64,000 nt of DNA from Thermococcus sp. JdFR-02. Lineage in GTDB: Archaea; Methanobacteriota_B; Thermococci; Thermococcales; Thermococcaceae. The notes under the pieces were generated by a model that ran no database searches, was not told the DNA's origin, and saw only the letters and a list, made by a program, of their open reading frames with translations. The translations under genes and the position numbers were made by a program. The stretch lies in the NCBI GenBank assembly GCA_002009975.1, contig MTLP01000042.1, positions 128,001 through 192,000 of the forward strand. Direction: 5' to 3'. Each line of letters begins with the position of its first letter. The first letter of the stretch is position 1. Below are positions 29,517 through 38,752 of this stretch, in pieces.

Positions 29517-30140
29517 TTATTTTATATACTCTTCAATTATCTCTTTCATTCTTTTAGTTGCTTCCCTAACATCTTTCGCTCCGACTATTGCTGAAATAAC
29601 AGCTATCCCATCGACGCCAAGCTTCAGAACCTCTCTAACGTTTTCGTGGTTTATTCCCCCTATTGCAACCACGGGGATGCTAACGTTTTCAACCACTGCT
29701 TTTAGACCATCCAAGCCCAAATATTTAGCATCTTCTTTAGTTTTTGTTGGAAATACACTTCCAGCACCAATATAATCTGCCCCTCCCTTTTCTGCCTCTA
29801 TAGCCTCTTTTAAATTTGAAGCTGAGACCCCAACAATTAAATTTGGTGCTATTTCTTTAACTATCTCAACAGGCATATCCTCTTGTCCTACATGAACTCC
29901 ATCTGCATTAACAGCTAAAGCTACATCTAACCTGTCGTTTACAAAATAAAGAGCACCATATTCCTCTGTTATTTTTCTAATTTTTTTACCTACTTCCACC
30001 ATCTCCTTTGTAGGTGCTTTTTTAATTCTAAGCTGTATTGAAGTTGCCCCTCCTTCTAAAGCCTCCTTTACGGTCTCAACTTCATCTCTAAGCCTTCTAT
30101 CTGTTATCACATAAAGCTTAAGCCTTTTTCTAAGGTTCAA
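29517..30140 (-). CDS. thiE: thiamine-phosphate synthase
   Basis: IQLRIK, VNDRLD, GVHVGQED, FPTKTK, VAIGGI. Confidence 0.95.
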   Translation of the reverse strand: MNLRKRLKLYVITDRRLRDEVETVKEALEGGATSIQLRIKKAPTKEMVEVGKKIRKITEEYGALYFVNDRLDVALAVNADGVHVGQEDMPVEIVKEIAPNLIVGVSASNLKEAIEAEKGGADYIGAGSVFPTKTKEDAKYLGLDGLKAVVENVSIPVVAIGGINHENVREVLKLGVDGIAVISAIVGAKDVREATKRMKEIIEEYIK

Positions 30141-30930
30141 TCTCCCTCACCTTAACTTTCTCTTCTATCAACGCTTCGTCAACTCTATAAAGCCAATCAT
30201 ATAGCTTTACGTGAAAGCTTCCAGGATAAGGCGCTTCTTCATAGGCTTTTTCAGCAACAATTCCAAAAACAGCTAAAGCACTCGTAGATGCTCTTAAAGG
30301 CTCATCTATCGCCACAAAAGCCCCCATTAGAGCAGTAACTATACAGCCCGTCCCGGTAACTTTCCCAAGCATCGGATGACCATTCTCCACTACAAAAACT
30401 TTCTTTCCATTGCTTATGTAGTCGATAGGTCCTGTAACAGCAACGGTTGTATTAAACTCTTTAGCGGCAGTTAATGCTAAATTAAGTGCTTCTTCTTTAT
30501 CATATCCTGCACTGTCAACACCTCTCGTCTTTCCATGCTCTCCTAGAAGGGCTTTTATCTCCCCAAAGTTCCCCCTTAAAATAGCAATTTCTCCCGCTTC
30601 AAGAAGCTTTAATGCTGTTTGTGTTCTAAGTTTGGTTGCACCAGCTCCAACAGGGTCTAAAACGATTGGCTTCTTAAGCTCACTTGCTATCTTCACAGCT
30701 TTCTCCATTGAAGAGATCCACCATTCATCAAGGGTTCCAATATTCACCACAAGAGCGTTTGCAATTCTAAGCATGTCTTCAAGCTCTTCTTTTGCATGAG
30801 CCATTACTGGAGAAGCTCCAATAGCTAAAAGGGCATTTGCCGTGGTGTTCATAACAACAAAGTTGGTTATATTTTGAACCAGCGGTCTCTTCTCCCTAAC
30901 CTTTCTTAAATTCTCAGCTATCCATTTCAT
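30130..30930 (-). CDS. thiM: hydroxyethylthiazole kinase
   Basis: ITNFVVMNTTANALLAIGASPVM, LDPVGAGAT, VTGTGC. Confidence 0.95.
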   Translation of the reverse strand: MKWIAENLRKVREKRPLVQNITNFVVMNTTANALLAIGASPVMAHAKEELEDMLRIANALVVNIGTLDEWWISSMEKAVKIASELKKPIVLDPVGAGATKLRTQTALKLLEAGEIAILRGNFGEIKALLGEHGKTRGVDSAGYDKEEALNLALTAAKEFNTTVAVTGPIDYISNGKKVFVVENGHPMLGKVTGTGCIVTALMGAFVAIDEPLRASTSALAVFGIVAEKAYEEAPYPGSFHVKLYDWLYRVDEALIEEKVKVREIEP

Positions 30931-30940
30931 TGTATCACCA

Positions 30941-30959
30941 AGTTATTAAAAATCATAAT
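30941..30959. promoter_or_regulatory. candidate thiamine-regulon site AGTTATTAAAAATCATAAT
   Basis: 15/19 identity to the inverted repeat upstream of thi4. Confidence 0.3.
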
Positions 30960-30980
30960 GAAGTTATAAGATTTGTGCCG

Positions 30981-32072
30981 CTAAACGATATTTTCCCTTT
31001 CGAGCTCTTCCAGAATCCTGAGAAACTCCTCATATTTTCCTTGAGTAATAACCCTCTCAGGTCTAAATGGGCAATCACAGTAGGGATACTCCAAAAATGC
31101 TTGATACGTTCCTATCTCCCTTGCGATCTTTACTATCTCCTCTTTATCCATCCCAATTAAAGGTCTGTGAATTGGGAACCTAACGCTTATCGTCTCAATA
31201 AAGAGATTTGAGAGCGTTTGAGATGCTACCTGACCTAATGAATCACCAGTAACGATTCCTAAGGCTCCTTTTTCTTTGGCTATTTGGGCAGCTTTTCTCA
31301 ACATTGCTATCTTACAAATAACGCATGTCCATTCCCTCATGTTGAGCCTATTTAGAGCTAAAACGTAAGGTTTCAGGACTTCAAAGTGGTTTTCAATTAT
31401 TAGTTCTACATCTTTGGGAGAATAGTCATTTAGTATTTTTACTGTGTTCTCAACAACCTTTCTTGCATTCTTCCCTTGATCAAAGTGCAAAGCAATTATT
31501 TCTGCACCTCTTTTCATCATTAGAAAAGCTGCAACTGGAGAGTCGATACCACCACTCAAAAGAGCAACAACCTTTCCTTGAGTACCTACAGGTAATCCTC
31601 CCACACCTTTAATCTTCTCAAAAAAGACGTAGGCTTTTTTGCTTATTATCTCAATCCCTATAACAAGTTCTGGATTTTCTAGATCTACCTTCCAACCAAA
31701 CTCCTTAACAACAAAAGCCCCAATTTCTTTGTTTACATCCATAGAAGTGAGTAAAAAAGTCTTATCTAATCGATGAGTATCAATTTTGAAGCTCTTTGGG
31801 TTTAATCCTTTTAGAACTTCTTTTAAATAGGTAGGAACATCTTCATAATTCATTTCTTTAGCTGGAGAAACTGAAACAACGCCAGGAACTTTGGCTATTA
31901 TCCTGGCACTCTCATCTGGAGCATCAATCAAAATTCTCCCAGGAATTATTTTTCCTTTAGCATCAATTCCTTTTTTCTTTAAAGCGGCAAGAATATTTTC
32001 TAAGAGCTTCCTCTCAAATTCCCTTCTCTTCCCTCTTTTCACTGCAACTTCTCCATAGCGAACTATTATCAT
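30981..32072 (-). CDS. thiI: tRNA 4-thiouridine sulfurtransferase (THUMP + PP-loop)
   Basis: IVRYGE, GGLPVGTQGK, LSGGIDSPVA, CVIC, TGDSLGQVASQT. Confidence 0.92.
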   Translation of the reverse strand: MIIVRYGEVAVKRGKRREFERKLLENILAALKKKGIDAKGKIIPGRILIDAPDESARIIAKVPGVVSVSPAKEMNYEDVPTYLKEVLKGLNPKSFKIDTHRLDKTFLLTSMDVNKEIGAFVVKEFGWKVDLENPELVIGIEIISKKAYVFFEKIKGVGGLPVGTQGKVVALLSGGIDSPVAAFLMMKRGAEIIALHFDQGKNARKVVENTVKILNDYSPKDVELIIENHFEVLKPYVLALNRLNMREWTCVICKIAMLRKAAQIAKEKGALGIVTGDSLGQVASQTLSNLFIETISVRFPIHRPLIGMDKEEIVKIAREIGTYQAFLEYPYCDCPFRPERVITQGKYEEFLRILEELERENIV

Positions 32073-32074
32073 GC

Positions 32075-33034
32075 TTAACCACCTAAATATCTTGCAAATA
32101 AGTTCTTAGCCTCTTTTTCATCCTCCGCTCCTCTAACTATCATTCTACCATTCTTGAAGATTAAAATTTCAGCGTAATCATCTTCAAATTGAATAAACTG
32201 AGAAGTTACCAATGACTCTATTCCAGAATTCTTAAGCCTCTCTGCAAGCTCCTTAAAGTCAACTTTAATTTTTTCTGGTGGTGTTATTTGGATTGAGCCA
32301 TCACACATTCTCTCTATTTTCATCTGCTTTTCTAAAAACGTGAAGTTATGTTTGACGCAGGCTTCACAGTCCTCTCTTCTTGGAATTTCAACCTTTTCAA
32401 ACTCCATTGTTTTTGTATCAAAGAAAATCATTTCACTCTTTATGTCTTCACCAAGCAAAATCTTTGCTGCCAGAGATACTGCTAAAGAAGCCGCTAGGGT
32501 TGGGACATAGCTCATTATTCCAACAACGGCACAGGTTGGCATTGGTCTTGACGGCAATCTAGGCATTAAACATCTAAAACAAGCCGTTTTTCCCGGGATT
32601 ATTGGCATAACATTTCCATATGTTCCCAAAACTCCAACATAAATCCAAGGCTTGTTGTTTTTAACACAGTAGTCGTTTATTACTTGCCTCGTGTAAATAT
32701 TGTCTGTTCCATCCAAAACTAAATCAGCTTCATCCAGAAGTTCTACTGTTGAGGGGTTTAAATCTTCAAAGTAACCTTTAACGCCAAACTTCTCTTTTAA
32801 AACTTCAACTTTTGGCTTTTCGACATCATTTTCATCATAGATAGTTCTCGCTAAGTCATTGTAATCAACAAAATCTCTATCTATAACGATTATCTCTCCA
32901 ACGCCAAGCTTTTTAAGGAAGTAAACTTCCCAGCTTCCTAAGGCACCAGCTCCAACTACAGCTACTTTAGCGTTTATTAAGCGCTTTTGTCCTTCTAAAC
33001 CTATGATTGGGATATGTCTCGAAAATATTTCCAT
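32075..33034 (-). CDS. ThiF/MoeB E1-like adenylyltransferase
   Basis: VVGAGALG, DGTDN, CFRC and CEAC Zn motifs. Confidence 0.9.
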   Translation of the reverse strand: MEIFSRHIPIIGLEGQKRLINAKVAVVGAGALGSWEVYFLKKLGVGEIIVIDRDFVDYNDLARTIYDENDVEKPKVEVLKEKFGVKGYFEDLNPSTVELLDEADLVLDGTDNIYTRQVINDYCVKNNKPWIYVGVLGTYGNVMPIIPGKTACFRCLMPRLPSRPMPTCAVVGIMSYVPTLAASLAVSLAAKILLGEDIKSEMIFFDTKTMEFEKVEIPRREDCEACVKHNFTFLEKQMKIERMCDGSIQITPPEKIKVDFKELAERLKNSGIESLVTSQFIQFEDDYAEILIFKNGRMIVRGAEDEKEAKNLFARYLGG

Positions 33035-33209
33035 CTTCTCACCACCAAAGTTACTTTAAGTTTTCTATTTATGAAGTTATCCTCATACCTATCTTGCATG
33101 CTGAGACTCAAAATTTTCTATTTTGTTAAAGTATAAAAGCATCTCTTTTCAACTTGATAAAAATTAGGCTAATAAAAATTACGGACAAATGTCCACCTGG
33201 TGAGCTAAA

Positions 33210-33422
33210 ATGAAAGCTCAGGTATGCGAATACTGTGCTGGAAATCACTTGGAGGAAATAAAGAATGCTCTAGAATTAAAGGGCTACGAAGTTGAGATAA
33301 TCCAATGTATAGGGCTCTGCGCCAAGTACGGATGCGGACGGATTAATGTTAAATTAGAGGAAAGGGAAATTTCAGTAAAGAGCTTTGAGGAATTTATTAA
33401 AGCTTTGGGGGAGACAGGATGA
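33210..33422 (+). CDS. small Cys-rich protein (DUF1450-like)
   Basis: VCEYC...CIGLCAKYGC; GGTGAG RBS. Confidence 0.6.
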   Translation: MKAQVCEYCAGNHLEEIKNALELKGYEVEIIQCIGLCAKYGCGRINVKLEEREISVKSFEEFIKALGETG

Positions 33423-33751
33423 CTAAAGTTTTAATTATAATCTCAACAGCGGAGATAGAGAAGGCGTTAGTAGGCTTCATGTACGCTACCAATGCATTGA
33501 AATATAAGTGGGTGGAGAATGTTGAAGTAATCCTCTTTGGTCCAATAGAGAAGAAAATTGCACAGGGCGATGGAAGATTAATGATCTGGATAGAAAAGCT
33601 TAAGGAGCTTAATAAAGTGCCTTATGCCTGCAAAAAGATAGCTGAAGATGAAGGATTTGAGAAAGCCTTAATGCCTTATGCAAAGGTCGAATACGTTGGA
33701 AAAATTATCTCAGAGCTTTTAAACGAAGGATATATTCCAATGGTGTTTTGA
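33419..33751 (+). CDS. DsrE-family protein
   Basis: MYATNALK..VILFGP..PYACKKIA..VGKIISEL. Confidence 0.8.
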   Translation: MTKVLIIISTAEIEKALVGFMYATNALKYKWVENVEVILFGPIEKKIAQGDGRLMIWIEKLKELNKVPYACKKIAEDEGFEKALMPYAKVEYVGKIISELLNEGYIPMVF

Positions 33752-33818
33752 GTTTTTATTTAAAATTTGGAGGAAAGCTTTTTTTATTCTTTTATTCCAT
33801 GCATATTAAGGGATAAAG

Positions 33819-34385
33819 ATGAAGCGCATATTAGCCATAGTTTTCTTAATTGTCTTTATTTCGTCTATTGTTGTTGCTGATGAGGAGTATGGAGAAGAGG
33901 ATGAAGCGGGGTATGCAGGCTTAGCTGAATTCGGATTTGTTTTAATAACGATAGGTATTGTGCTATACTCTTTGGTGAAAAGAACACCATTCATTGCCTT
34001 TAAAAAAGAGAAAGAGATAAGCATACATCTAAGTGCAACAATGCCTTTTGTCAAGATTGCATTCCCTCTTTCCCTCTTGGATATTCATCATGTATTTACG
34101 ATAATAGGTTCCCTATTAACAGTTCCACACTTTCTCTCATGCAACGATTACAGCACTCCTTTTGGTCTAACTGGACTTCTTTTGGGGATAGTCCTTCTAG
34201 GAGAGAACATAAGCGGCTTTTATGGTAGGTATCTGCACGGAAAAATAGAAAGATTGAGAAGACAAATAGAGCATCCTTTATTAAAAGAACTTCTAAAAAA
34301 GTTTAGAGCATGGAGAACTTTTCACATTGCATGGACTATTCTGCTGTACCTTCTTTTAGCACTCCACGTTGCCTTTGCAGACTAA
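33819..34385 (+). CDS. membrane protein with candidate b-heme His ligands (ferric-reductase-like TM domain)
   Basis: LDIHH..TVPH and WRTFH..LALH His pairs 13-14 residues apart in TM helices. Confidence 0.55.
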   Translation: MKRILAIVFLIVFISSIVVADEEYGEEDEAGYAGLAEFGFVLITIGIVLYSLVKRTPFIAFKKEKEISIHLSATMPFVKIAFPLSLLDIHHVFTIIGSLLTVPHFLSCNDYSTPFGLTGLLLGIVLLGENISGFYGRYLHGKIERLRRQIEHPLLKELLKKFRAWRTFHIAWTILLYLLLALHVAFAD

Positions 34386-35202
34386 TTTTTGGTTCTTTTT
34401 TATAGGCTTTAAGCACTAAATAGAGCCCGAAGATTAAATATCCAAGTTGGAGTATAACTCTTCCCCATTCCATTTTTGTTGAATAACCAAACAGCACAGC
34501 AAATATCGAACCTATTGCTCCTTTATGGGACCAAATACTCTCCTTTGGAATTCCCAAATCATAGGCAGTTTGAGCAAACCAGCCCAAGCTAACTCCTTCT
34601 TCCTCTGCAAATTCGATTAGCTCATGTGTCCCATAACCCAAAAGTCCAGCGGCAACAAAGATTAGCAATATTGAGCTGTAGTAAAAGAATGTTCTGAGGT
34701 TAATTTTCATTCCAATGCCATAGATAGCGTAAGCTAACACTAGCGCTCCAGCTGAACCAAGAATTAATCCCAAGAAAGTTCCACTCAAATCTTGAGTTGC
34801 AAAAGGTGTCAAGAATAGAACAGTCTCTAAACCTTCTCTAAAGACCACTATGAATGTAAACACTATTAAAGCCCAGGGATTTATTGCTTGGGAGACTTTT
34901 CTCTCTATCTCAGCTTTTAGATTCTTTCCCTTTGTTGCCATCCAGTAGATCATGCTCGTTAGAACTATTACAGCTAAGTAAGAGGCGATTCCTTCAAAGA
35001 GTTCTTTCTCTCTTAAACCTCCATAAATCGTTAATATTGCTCCGCCCAAAGCTATGCTGGCAAACGCTGACAAACCAACCCCAATCCAAACATCCCTAAC
35101 TTGTTTCTCTCTTCCAGTTCTTTTTAAGTAAGCAATTATTATAGCAACGATTATGGCAGCTTCGAGAACTTCTCTAAATGTAATCAGAAATTGCCCCAAC
35201 AT
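34336..35202 (-). CDS. ftr1: FTR1-family iron permease
   Basis: Two RExxE motifs (FREVLE, FREGLE). Confidence 0.93.
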   Translation of the reverse strand: MLGQFLITFREVLEAAIIVAIIIAYLKRTGREKQVRDVWIGVGLSAFASIALGGAILTIYGGLREKELFEGIASYLAVIVLTSMIYWMATKGKNLKAEIERKVSQAINPWALIVFTFIVVFREGLETVLFLTPFATQDLSGTFLGLILGSAGALVLAYAIYGIGMKINLRTFFYYSSILLIFVAAGLLGYGTHELIEFAEEEGVSLGWFAQTAYDLGIPKESIWSHKGAIGSIFAVLFGYSTKMEWGRVILQLGYLIFGLYLVLKAYKKEPKISLQRQRGVLKEGTAE

Positions 35203-35222
35203 TTTAGCACCTCCAACATTTG

Positions 35223-35236
35223 TTAGGCAAATCTAA
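35223..35236. promoter_or_regulatory. putative DtxR-type iron box TTAGGCAAATCTAA
   Basis: TTAG..CTAA palindrome between TATA and RBS of ftr1. Confidence 0.5.
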
Positions 35237-35346
35237 TAAAATTTTAGTGCCTTATAGATTTTATCTTTATCAAAAAACAAAAGTGTGAGCATCAAATATT
35301 ACAAAATGTACAGTACAAACATGTAGCAAATTAACAATTAGAAAAA

Positions 35347-36456
35347 TCAAAGGAAAGCTGAACTGTCAAAAGGAGTCACGTTCTCAAGCTTTTTACCTAC
35401 TATAAACGTGTCTTCTTTTTTCACAGCCCCTTCTGGAATCATAAGGGGTGCATGAACCATTGCCAATGCCATTCCCTCTTGAATTTTCATCGCTCTATGA
35501 GGAACCACTATCGTAGTTATCGGATCTTCTTCGATTAAAAGCCCAACTCCATGAGCATACCCCGTTATATAGTACTCTTGGAGGTTCTTTCCATTATAAA
35601 TCTTGGCTATTTCCCTTTCCACTTGAGCAAAAATAACTCCGGGCAAAGTTTTTTCTAAGACTGTTTGGTAAGCCTCTTCCATAGCCTCAATTGCATCTTT
35701 TGCCCTTTTATTTGGCTTTCCGATGAAAAAGCTCCTCGTTAGATTTGCGTAATAATAGTTGTGGTCAGCGCCTATCACAACCGTTACAAATTTTCCCTTT
35801 TCAACTTTAACATCCTTAAAAGGCTCAGCATGTGCTCTGGGGGTAGCTGAAACATAAACCTTAGGCTCTTCACTTCCATTAAGCATCAACTCCCTATAAA
35901 CTTCAGCTGCTATTTCAAGCTCGCTCTTTCCGGGTTTTATGTTCTCTATAGCGACTTCCATTCCCCTAATTGCTATTTTTCCCGCTTTCCTTATATTATC
36001 CAGCTCCCACTCATCCTTTATCATTCTAAGCTGCATTGATAGAGGTCTTATATCTACTACTTCTACACCTGGATTTAGTCTTTTAAAAATCTCCAGGAAA
36101 AGGATGTATGCATCTCGTTCAATGGAGTACTCCATGCCGATGGTGTTGTAGCCATTTCTTCTAATCCACATGGTTACACTTGCCATTAAATCTTCAGTTT
36201 TTTGAAATTCCTCGACATTTTTAATCCAGCTTTTCTTCATAAACAATTCTCTCTCGCCCTTTGCTACTATAACAGTTGGCTCACCTTCGGCTGGAATTAA
36301 TAAGGCAGGTCTAAGCCATTTAACACCAGTAAAATAAATATAGGTGGAGAGGGTTCTTATAACGGCTCCATCTATATTGTTTGCCTTTAAAAGTTCTTGA
36401 AATCTTTTAACTCTTTTCCTAAATATTTTTTCCATGAACTTCACCATAGTTATCAT
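35347..36456 (-). CDS. M24 (Xaa-Pro peptidase/creatinase fold) protein
   Basis: LRMIKDEWE, AHGVGL, EDT; several metal ligands appear substituted. Confidence 0.85.
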   Translation of the reverse strand: MITMVKFMEKIFRKRVKRFQELLKANNIDGAVIRTLSTYIYFTGVKWLRPALLIPAEGEPTVIVAKGERELFMKKSWIKNVEEFQKTEDLMASVTMWIRRNGYNTIGMEYSIERDAYILFLEIFKRLNPGVEVVDIRPLSMQLRMIKDEWELDNIRKAGKIAIRGMEVAIENIKPGKSELEIAAEVYRELMLNGSEEPKVYVSATPRAHAEPFKDVKVEKGKFVTVVIGADHNYYYANLTRSFFIGKPNKRAKDAIEAMEEAYQTVLEKTLPGVIFAQVEREIAKIYNGKNLQEYYITGYAHGVGLLIEEDPITTIVVPHRAMKIQEGMALAMVHAPLMIPEGAVKKEDTFIVGKKLENVTPFDSSAFL

Positions 36457-36794
36457 TCAAGTATCTTACCTTTAATTTTTTGTTTTGGTGTTTTGACAAC
36501 CAAAAATCGCATTGTTATGTTTCCGCTGTTTATAACTTTGTGAGGGATATCTTTTGGCAAATAAACAAGCTCATCTTTTTTAACTTCCTCTTTCTCCTCC
36601 CCAACTTCAACTATACCTTTTCCTTTGAGCACATAGACAAAAGCATCTACTGGAGTAACATGTCTTTTGAGTTCTTCTCCGGGCTTTAAAGTCACATGCA
36701 TGACTTGAACATGCTCACTTTCAAATAATTTCTTGACTTCAACTCCATGAGGGGTTTCAACTTTTTGAGCTTCTTCTATCTTTACAAGTATCAT
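36453..36794 (-). CDS. cupin domain protein
   Basis: LKPGEELKRHVTP..YVLKGKG..PKDIPH. Confidence 0.88.
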   Translation of the reverse strand: MILVKIEEAQKVETPHGVEVKKLFESEHVQVMHVTLKPGEELKRHVTPVDAFVYVLKGKGIVEVGEEKEEVKKDELVYLPKDIPHKVINSGNITMRFLVVKTPKQKIKGKILE

Positions 36795-36806
36795 AAAACC
36801 ACCTCC

Positions 36807-38135
36807 TCACTTCCAATCCAAGAGCCTCTTTTCTCCTTCAAGTTTCCTAATTTCAGTTACATCCTGGGTAACTTCAAGAGTTCCCAAATAATTTCCATCC
36901 TCATCTCTAACAGGGAAGTACCTTATATGGACAAATCTTCCATTCATCTGAATCCAGAATTCAGCGACATCTCTTCTTCCTTCCTTGAATTCCTTCAAGA
37001 TTTTGTTAACTATGTGAACGCTCTTTGGTGGATGACAAAGCTGGACAGGTCTTCCAATTACTGAATGGGTTCTGGTGAATATTCTATCCCCTCCAGAGAA
37101 GAATCTAACTCTATCATCTTTGTCAATAAAGGTGATGTCCACGGGCAGGGTCTTGAATATTGCGTTTATCTCTTTTGGGGATAAATAACCAACATCAAGT
37201 TCTAAGTCGCCCTCTTTTTTGGCCTTTTGTCTATCAGCTTCAAGTGTTTGTCCTTTCAAAGCCATTTGTACTTCCTTAGGTAGGCTTAAAAGCTGCTCAG
37301 CAGTTAAAGTTGGATCTATCTCATAGGGGTGTAAAGGCTTTGATTTTGGCTTCCATTCATTTCCAGGCTTAACTTTGTAGTAGCCTATCTCATCTTCTTG
37401 TTCCCTAATAGCAACCCATTCGCCTTCTGAAAGCAGGGCTTCCAATGTTGGGTAAAAGATGTTGTTCTCCCTAAAGACCATGTCTATCAGGGCTATTGAA
37501 AGCTCTTGGGCTAACTCCTTAACTTTTCTGGTAAACTCCTCCCATTCCATTTCTTTCTCTTTATAAAGGAGCTGATTTAGCTGTCTGATCTTAAACCTAA
37601 TCTCATCGTGCTTGGTCCATAAAACGGTTGGCACTGCTGTAATTCCTCTCCTCTCGATGTAGGGAAATAGCAGCATCTCCTCTCTATTGTAGTGTGTTCT
37701 TCCAATTAGAGCCAGTTCTTTAGCTAATTGCCTTAGATATTCGAGAATTTCCTTTTTCATTTTTTCATCCTTTGTGTTCGCCAGAGTATTTGCATAAAGG
37801 TTAAGCATTTCTGCATCCTTAGTTATCTGATCATTTTCCATATAGAGCGTATGAAGGGGATGACCTTTTGGAATACCCTTAATATCCAAAGCCCCGCTAA
37901 CGGATTCCCTGAAAAGCTCAACGTGAATATCACACATCTTTGCTATTTCCTTAGCAGAAATGCCTTCCTTTACGAGCTCCTGCTCAATTAAAGGGATTTC
38001 TAATGGAGAGATACTCCTAAGCAAGGCTTTAAACTGTTCTTTAAGCTCATTAACATCTTTTCCCTCATGGATTTGCTTTAAAAGATTCTTTAACTGTTCT
38101 TTTTTGTATTCTCTATTTTTTAAAAGTTCGGTCAT
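36807..38135 (-). CDS. DUF438/hemerythrin-like/PAS domain protein
   Basis: EQELVKEG..CDIH, GHPLHTL..EN, HYNREE, HDEIR, PVDITFID..CHPPKS; GGTGA RBS before ATG 38135. Confidence 0.9.
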   Translation of the reverse strand: MTELLKNREYKKEQLKNLLKQIHEGKDVNELKEQFKALLRSISPLEIPLIEQELVKEGISAKEIAKMCDIHVELFRESVSGALDIKGIPKGHPLHTLYMENDQITKDAEMLNLYANTLANTKDEKMKKEILEYLRQLAKELALIGRTHYNREEMLLFPYIERRGITAVPTVLWTKHDEIRFKIRQLNQLLYKEKEMEWEEFTRKVKELAQELSIALIDMVFRENNIFYPTLEALLSEGEWVAIREQEDEIGYYKVKPGNEWKPKSKPLHPYEIDPTLTAEQLLSLPKEVQMALKGQTLEADRQKAKKEGDLELDVGYLSPKEINAIFKTLPVDITFIDKDDRVRFFSGGDRIFTRTHSVIGRPVQLCHPPKSVHIVNKILKEFKEGRRDVAEFWIQMNGRFVHIRYFPVRDEDGNYLGTLEVTQDVTEIRKLEGEKRLLDWK

Positions 38136-38156
38136 TTTTATCACCCTGTTTCTGTC

Positions 38157-38172
38157 TATGACATATGTCATA
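38157..38172. promoter_or_regulatory. operator TATGACATATGTCATA
   Basis: Perfect 16-bp palindrome before the DUF438 gene. Confidence 0.85.
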
Positions 38173-38219
38173 TTTTGCATTTTTAAACTTTTCTACCCAA
38201 ATTTGTCCAGTAAAATTTA

Positions 38220-38235
38220 TATGACACGTGTCATA
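38220..38235. promoter_or_regulatory. operator TATGACACGTGTCATA
   Basis: Perfect 16-bp palindrome abutting the TATA box of the DUF1858 gene. Confidence 0.85.
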
Positions 38236-38254
38236 AAAACTAATAGGTGAAAAA

Positions 38255-38752
38255 ATGAATATAAAAGTAGTGTTAGATTTGAGAGATTTAAGTCCTCAAG
38301 AAGCAACAGTCAGAATAGCTGAAGCAATTGAAGATTTGAAAAAAGGAGAGGTCATTGAAGCTATATGTTCAAAACCTTTTGAAAATCTGCTTTCAAAGTT
38401 AGAAGAGGCTGGATATAAGTATGAGGTTAGAAAGGTAAAAGAGTTCTATGTGCTTAGAATTTGCCATACTGCAAATGTGAAAGGAAGAATCAGAGTTGAG
38501 GAACATCAGGAAAAAGGAGAACTTGAGATAAATGAAAACACCAATGTCGGAAAACTTATAGAGAGATATCCAAAAGCGGTAGATATTCTTGCAAAATATG
38601 GTTTCACCCCCCTCAAAAACCCAATCCTCAGAAAAACTTTAGCAAAAACGATAACATTGGGACAAGCAAAGCGTATTGGACATCTTTCTGATGAAAGATT
38701 TCAAGAACTTTTAAAAGAATTAAAAGAGCTTAAAGATGAGAAAAACAGTTAA
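38255..38752 (+). CDS. TusA-like + DUF1858 domain protein
   Basis: LDLRDLSP..GEVIE N-domain; INENTNVGKLIERYP..LAKYGFTPLKNPILRKT DUF1858. Confidence 0.8.
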   Translation: MNIKVVLDLRDLSPQEATVRIAEAIEDLKKGEVIEAICSKPFENLLSKLEEAGYKYEVRKVKEFYVLRICHTANVKGRIRVEEHQEKGELEINENTNVGKLIERYPKAVDILAKYGFTPLKNPILRKTLAKTITLGQAKRIGHLSDERFQELLKELKELKDEKNS

